A stretch of DNA of 64,000 nt from an uncultured bacterium (GTDB lineage Bacteria > Verrucomicrobiota > Kiritimatiellia > RFP12 > UBA1067): contig CACZCD010000001.1 in NCBI GenBank assembly GCA_902779565.1, forward strand, positions 3,929 through 67,928, read 5' to 3'. The notes below the pieces were generated by a model, which saw only the letters and a program-made list of their open reading frames with translations, did not search any database and had not been told where the DNA came from. A program made the position numbers and the translations under genes. The number at the start of each line of letters is the position of its first letter. Position 1 is the first letter of the stretch. Shown piece after piece: positions 60,136 to 64,000 of this stretch.

Positions 60136-60274
60136 GCTGTTTCTCCATTCAACCATGATCTGAACGTCCTCATCGTAATTGTTTCACTTTTTAGGTTCTT
60201 CTCATTCTGTCCGAACTGATGACAGTCAAAATCTGATTCTGTCATTTTCTGGACATCGTTCTTTACGTCTGGGA

Positions 60275-60283
60275 ATTGTAGCA
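60275..60283 (-). promoter_or_regulatory. Extended -10 TGCTACAAT upstream of the DUF4838 gene
   Basis: The minus strand reads TGCTACAAT in the AT-richer 200-bp gap. The leader would be about 130 nt. Confidence 0.4.
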
Positions 60284-60358
60284 TATCACGACAGGAGCCG
60301 CAATACAGGCGGCGGATTTTCAGTATCGAGGAGAGGCGGCGCCGACAATTTGTTGCCT

Positions 60359-61603
60359 TCAATCCGTTCGCAGAAGTCCTCCAGCGGAGAAGAGAAAACG
60401 CAGGAGCGAGGCGGCGCCAAACCACAAAAGTAGCGTGGGAAGATCGGTAATGCCACCCCAGCGCGCGGCGCCGTACAGCGCCAACGGATAGACGAGATGG
60501 AGCGGCACCAACCAGATGAGAAAACCAAAACGTCCCGCCGACACTTCGGCGTTTGTGTAGAACACCTGACAGGTTGTCAGCGCCGTGATCACGACGAGCC
60601 ACGGCATGTAAGACGCGTAGGCGGCATAGTCCGATCCGTGCGGCATGAGCGAGAGGAACGTCAACCCAAAGAACTGATAGGCGAGCGCCATCAACGCCGC
60701 CGCGACAAGCGTGACCGCCGCACATTTGAGGACGAACGGGCGGGTTGAGTCCTTGCGCTGCGCCGCCGTGGCCGTGTAAGGGAACATCACCAGCAGCAGC
60801 GGAAACGTGAGGTAGTAGAGAAAATCGGAGAACCGCGAAACCATATAGTAGCCGGCCGAGTCAAGTGTCGAAAGCTGCGTGCGCAGAAGAGACTGTTCCA
60901 CGAGCGACGCCGCCATGGGAATTCCCTGATAGACGACGATGGCAAGAAACGCCAACGAGATGCGACGGATCGCCGCGCGATCCCAGTACGGTTCCGCCGG
61001 CACCGAAAGGTCCTTTCGCAGCGCCAGCACGCTGCCCGCGATGCGGAAGGCGGGAAGTGCGGCCTGACCCGCAAAATAACCCGCCAGCGCGCGAATCGGC
61101 ATCGCGCAAAACATCACCAGAAAGCGCAGCACCGAACCGGCAACCTCAACCGCCGCCAACGCACGGAACCGCTTGAGCGACTGTAGCGCATCCGTATAGA
61201 CGGGCGCAACGCATCCGAGAAACGCCGCCGCCACGACAAGGAATCCGACAGACGCATCCGAAACGCGCATCGCCGAAAGAAAATGCGGCACCGCCACCGC
61301 CGCGACGGACAGCACCAGAACCAGGATCGCCGCCACCGCGACAAACACACCTTTCAAGAGCGACTTTACCTTCCCGCGTGCGCCGACCGTCGACAGGCAC
61401 GCGGACTCCTTCATCACCGTCATCGCGAACGCAAACATCGGAAGCGACAGAAAAGTGGCGAATAAAGTGACCGGTAGCACCGCGCCGATATCCTCTGGCG
61501 AAACATAGCGCGGCACGAACCACATCCCGGCGGCGACATTGACGAAGTCGCCCACACGCAAGGCGACGAACAGAAGAAGCGCGTTTTTCGCGAAGCCGTC
61601 CAT
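60359..61603 (-). CDS. MOP-superfamily (Wzx/MurJ-like) polysaccharide/lipid flippase-like membrane protein
   Basis: Polytopic membrane protein of more than 400 aa. I prefer ATG 61603 (MDGFAKNA), because the longer start at 61681 would bury the metF promoter. Confidence 0.65.
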   Translation of the reverse strand: MDGFAKNALLLFVALRVGDFVNVAAGMWFVPRYVSPEDIGAVLPVTLFATFLSLPMFAFAMTVMKESACLSTVGARGKVKSLLKGVFVAVAAILVLVLSVAAVAVPHFLSAMRVSDASVGFLVVAAAFLGCVAPVYTDALQSLKRFRALAAVEVAGSVLRFLVMFCAMPIRALAGYFAGQAALPAFRIAGSVLALRKDLSVPAEPYWDRAAIRRISLAFLAIVVYQGIPMAASLVEQSLLRTQLSTLDSAGYYMVSRFSDFLYYLTFPLLLVMFPYTATAAQRKDSTRPFVLKCAAVTLVAAALMALAYQFFGLTFLSLMPHGSDYAAYASYMPWLVVITALTTCQVFYTNAEVSAGRFGFLIWLVPLHLVYPLALYGAARWGGITDLPTLLLWFGAASLLRFLFSAGGLLRTD

Positions 61604-61649
61604 ACGGCGGCGTATTGTACCAAATTCCGCTATGCGTGGCATGGGAGTT

Positions 61650-61658
61650 TTGCTATAA
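61650..61658 (+). promoter_or_regulatory. Extended -10 TGCTATAAT upstream of metF
   Basis: TGCTATAAT is followed by a 46-nt leader with GGGAGAAG, then ATG 61705. Confidence 0.5.
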
Positions 61659-61704
61659 TCGCCCGCCATACGAATTTCCATCGTTTGAAATGGGAGAAGA
61701 CGAC

Positions 61705-62568
61705 ATGAAAATCAAGGACATTCTCGCTCAGGAACGGCCTTCCGTTTCTTTCGAAGTGTTTCCGCCCCGGAAGGATGCACCGTTCGAACCGGTGAAGGAC
61801 GCCGTGGCGCAGCTGGCCCAGGAACGGCCGTCATTCATGTCCGTCACCTACGGCGCCTCGGGGAACGCCCAGGCGAACACGGCGGCGATCGCCTCCTTCG
61901 TGCAGGCGTGCGGCGTGCCGGCACTCGCGCACCTCACGTGCCTGACCGCGACGCGCGAAAGCATCGAAAGCGAAGCGGACGCGCTGCGCCGCGCCGGCAT
62001 CGAGAACGTGCTGTGTCTGCGCGGCGATCTGCCGAAGGATGCATCCGAACCGCCGCCCGGCAACTTCTCGCACGCGGTGGATCTTGTGCGTGCGCTCCAC
62101 GGATCCGGATTCTGCCTCGGCGGCGCCTGCTATCCGGAGTGCCATCCCGACTGCCCCCACATGGAGGATGACATCCGCCATCTGCGCGAGAAGGTCGAGG
62201 CCGGTCTCGACTTCGTCACCACGCAGATGTTCTTCGACAACAACATCTTCTACCGCTATCTCGCGAAACTCCGCGACCACGGCGTGACCGTGCCCGTGAT
62301 CGCCGGCATCATGCCCGTCACGAACGGCAAGCAGATCGCGCGCATCTGCCGGCTTTCGGGCACCTACCTCCCCAGCCGCTTCAAGGCAATCGTGGATCGC
62401 TACGGCGACCATCCCGCCGCCATGCTCGATGCGGGCGTCGCCTACGCCACCGAGCAGATCATCGACCTCTTTGCGAACGGCATCAATGCCGTACACATCT
62501 ACACGATGAACAAGCCCGAAGTCGCCACTCGCATCATGTCCAACCTCCACAATATCATTGGCCATTGA
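61705..62568 (+). CDS. metF: Methylenetetrahydrofolate reductase
   Basis: SFEVFPPRKD...MSVTYGASG...HLTC...NVLCLRGD...TQMFFD. Start placed at ATG 61705. Confidence 0.93.
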   Translation: MKIKDILAQERPSVSFEVFPPRKDAPFEPVKDAVAQLAQERPSFMSVTYGASGNAQANTAAIASFVQACGVPALAHLTCLTATRESIESEADALRRAGIENVLCLRGDLPKDASEPPPGNFSHAVDLVRALHGSGFCLGGACYPECHPDCPHMEDDIRHLREKVEAGLDFVTTQMFFDNNIFYRYLAKLRDHGVTVPVIAGIMPVTNGKQIARICRLSGTYLPSRFKAIVDRYGDHPAAMLDAGVAYATEQIIDLFANGINAVHIYTMNKPEVATRIMSNLHNIIGH

Positions 62569-63146
62569 TGGTAGATCTCCAAGAGATCGCGCGGTACATG
62601 CGCATGGGGCGCACCGTCCCTGACGGCGCGCTTGCGGCGCGTGTCGCCGAGCTCCGCGACGAAGCGCTCACGATCATACGGCCGGCGCACATCGGGCGGC
62701 GGTTCCCGATCCAAGATGGGAACATCGTCTCCGGCTCGGTCCGGCTCGCCGTCGCCGGAACATTGGCGAAACATCTCGTGGGCTGCCGCTCCGCCTATCT
62801 GGCGTGCGGCACGCTCGGCGCAGGGTTCGACGCCTTTCAACGCCGCGTCTCCGCGACCTCGGGTGCAGATGCGCTGATCGTGCAGGCCATCGGCGCGGCG
62901 CTCATCGAAAAGTTGATGGATGATGTTGAAGCGGAAATCCGCCGCGAACTGCAGCCGAACGAAACGCTCGTTTCGCGATACTCCCCCGGCTACGGTGACT
63001 TTCCGCTCACCGCCCAGCGCGAACTGCTCTCGCTTCTCGACGCTCCGCGCAAGGTGGGCGTGTCGCTCACCGACACCCTTCTTATGGTTCCCTCGAAATC
63101 CGTCAGCGCAATCATCGGCGTCAAAGAGGAGATCCCCACCACATGA
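62568..63146 (+). CDS. Methionine synthase activation (AdoMet-binding) domain protein, encoded as a separate ORF
   Basis: RYSPGYGDFPLTAQRELLSLLDAPRKVGVSLTDTLLMVPSKSVSAIIG matches the Met_synt_B12-type domain. ATG at 62568 overlaps the metF stop. Confidence 0.85.
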   Translation: MVDLQEIARYMRMGRTVPDGALAARVAELRDEALTIIRPAHIGRRFPIQDGNIVSGSVRLAVAGTLAKHLVGCRSAYLACGTLGAGFDAFQRRVSATSGADALIVQAIGAALIEKLMDDVEAEIRRELQPNETLVSRYSPGYGDFPLTAQRELLSLLDAPRKVGVSLTDTLLMVPSKSVSAIIGVKEEIPTT

Positions 63147-64000
63147 AAGACATCCTCAACAAGACCCCACTCCTGTTTCTTGACGGCGGCATGGGAACGC
63201 AGCTTCAGGCCAAAGGGCTTCAGCCGGGCGAAATCCCCGAACTGTGGAACGTCACACGTCCGCAGGATGTCCGCGCGGTGCACGAGGCGTACTTCACCGC
63301 CGGGGCGGATGTCGTGTACGCCAACACGTTCGGCGCCAACGCCGCCAAGTATCACGGTGACGCCCCGCTCGCAGATGTCCTCACGGCCGCGATCGGCATC
63401 GCGCGCGAGGCGGCGGATAATGTTGGCGGGCGGCGCTTTGTCGCGCTCGACGTCGGGCCGACCGGACGGCTGCTCAAACCCGCGGGCGATTTCGAATTCG
63501 ATGCCGCCTACGATGCGTTTGCGGAACAGGTCTCCATCGGCGCGAAAGCCGGAGCTGACCTGATCGTGATCGAAACGATGGGCGACACCTACGAACTCAA
63601 GGCCGCCGTCCTCGCCGCAAAGGAGAACGCGTCGCTGCCAATTCTCGCCACCGTCGCACTCGGCGATGACGGCAAACTGCTCACGGGCGGAAACGTGGAG
63701 TGTGTAGCGGCGCTTTTAGAAGGTCTGCGCGTGGACGCCCTCGGTTTCAACTGTGGGCTCGGTCCCGACCGAATGCTTCCCTACGTGAAACGGCTCGCGA
63801 CATCGACGACACTTCACATCGCCGTCAAGCCGAACGCGGGCATGCCGAAAGTGATCGACGGTCGTACCGTATTCACCGTGGGACCGGAAGAATTCGCACA
63901 GGATATCGCCACACTCGTGGAGGCGGGGGCCTCGATTGTCGGTGGATGCTGTGGAACAACTCCCGCCCACATCGTTGCCCTCCAAAGCCTAGCCACCAAC
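63143..64000 (+). CDS. metH: Methionine synthase, N-terminal homocysteine S-methyltransferase domain (continues beyond the window)
   Basis: Absent from the ORF track because there is no stop in the window. From ATG 63143 it reads MKDILNKTPLLFLDGGMGTQLQAKGL...VHEAYFTAGADVVYANTFGAN...GCCGTTP. Overlaps the previous stop (ATGA). Confidence 0.88.
   Translation, partial: MKDILNKTPLLFLDGGMGTQLQAKGLQPGEIPELWNVTRPQDVRAVHEAYFTAGADVVYANTFGANAAKYHGDAPLADVLTAAIGIAREAADNVGGRRFVALDVGPTGRLLKPAGDFEFDAAYDAFAEQVSIGAKAGADLIVIETMGDTYELKAAVLAAKENASLPILATVALGDDGKLLTGGNVECVAALLEGLRVDALGFNCGLGPDRMLPYVKRLATSTTLHIAVKPNAGMPKVIDGRTVFTVGPEEFAQDIATLVEAGASIVGGCCGTTPAHIVALQSLATN

Noticed and set aside
61659-61704. SAM or cobalamin riboswitch upstream of metF-metH.
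   Set aside because: The leader between the putative -10 and the ATG is only about 46 nt. That is too short for either riboswitch class, and no conserved core motifs are visible.

Overview
High-GC bacterial chromosomal window. Gene content suggests a glycan-degrading anaerobe of the PVC type, but that lineage call is only a guess. I call 47 protein genes, 43 of them on the minus strand, and find no rRNA, tRNA, CRISPR array, integrase or transposase. Housekeeping blocks are folP; prfA-rpmE; yqeY; rpoB-rpoC-dnaG followed by a two-component system; dtd; and metF plus a split metH. These alternate with secreted hydrolase and esterase genes, a 1956-aa alpha-2-macroglobulin, two metallophosphoesterases, an ABC exporter and a B12-radical-SAM/AI-2E pair. 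The most unusual feature is a 15.86-kb accessory segment (7428-23287) lying exactly between the yqeY stop and the rpmE promoter. It is bracketed by inverted arrays of an ACGGAC hexamer repeated at a strict 11-bp period, with 22 copies on one side and about 16-18 on the other, and the two arrays share a near-identical terminal block of 63/64 nt. The segment carries a sigma-region-4-like gene preceded by 23-bp-phased iteron/operator repeats, two paralogous HU-like/DUF4469 DNA-binding proteins, and a glycyl-radical enzyme with its activase. The enzyme and activase are separated by a 6.1-kb CAZyme cassette flanked by a duplicated enzyme/activase junction. The segment also holds a low-GC patch with a Fic gene and an AraC regulator. 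The window is rich in short-period tandem repeats of 7, 8, 11, 15 and 23 bp, and two of these lie in frame inside essential or large genes (A2M and dnaG). A recurrent TGnTAYAAT extended -10 motif sits 7-10 nt from several start codons, implying leaderless mRNAs. Functional interpretations of the repeats are inference; the repeat structures themselves are read directly from the sequence.
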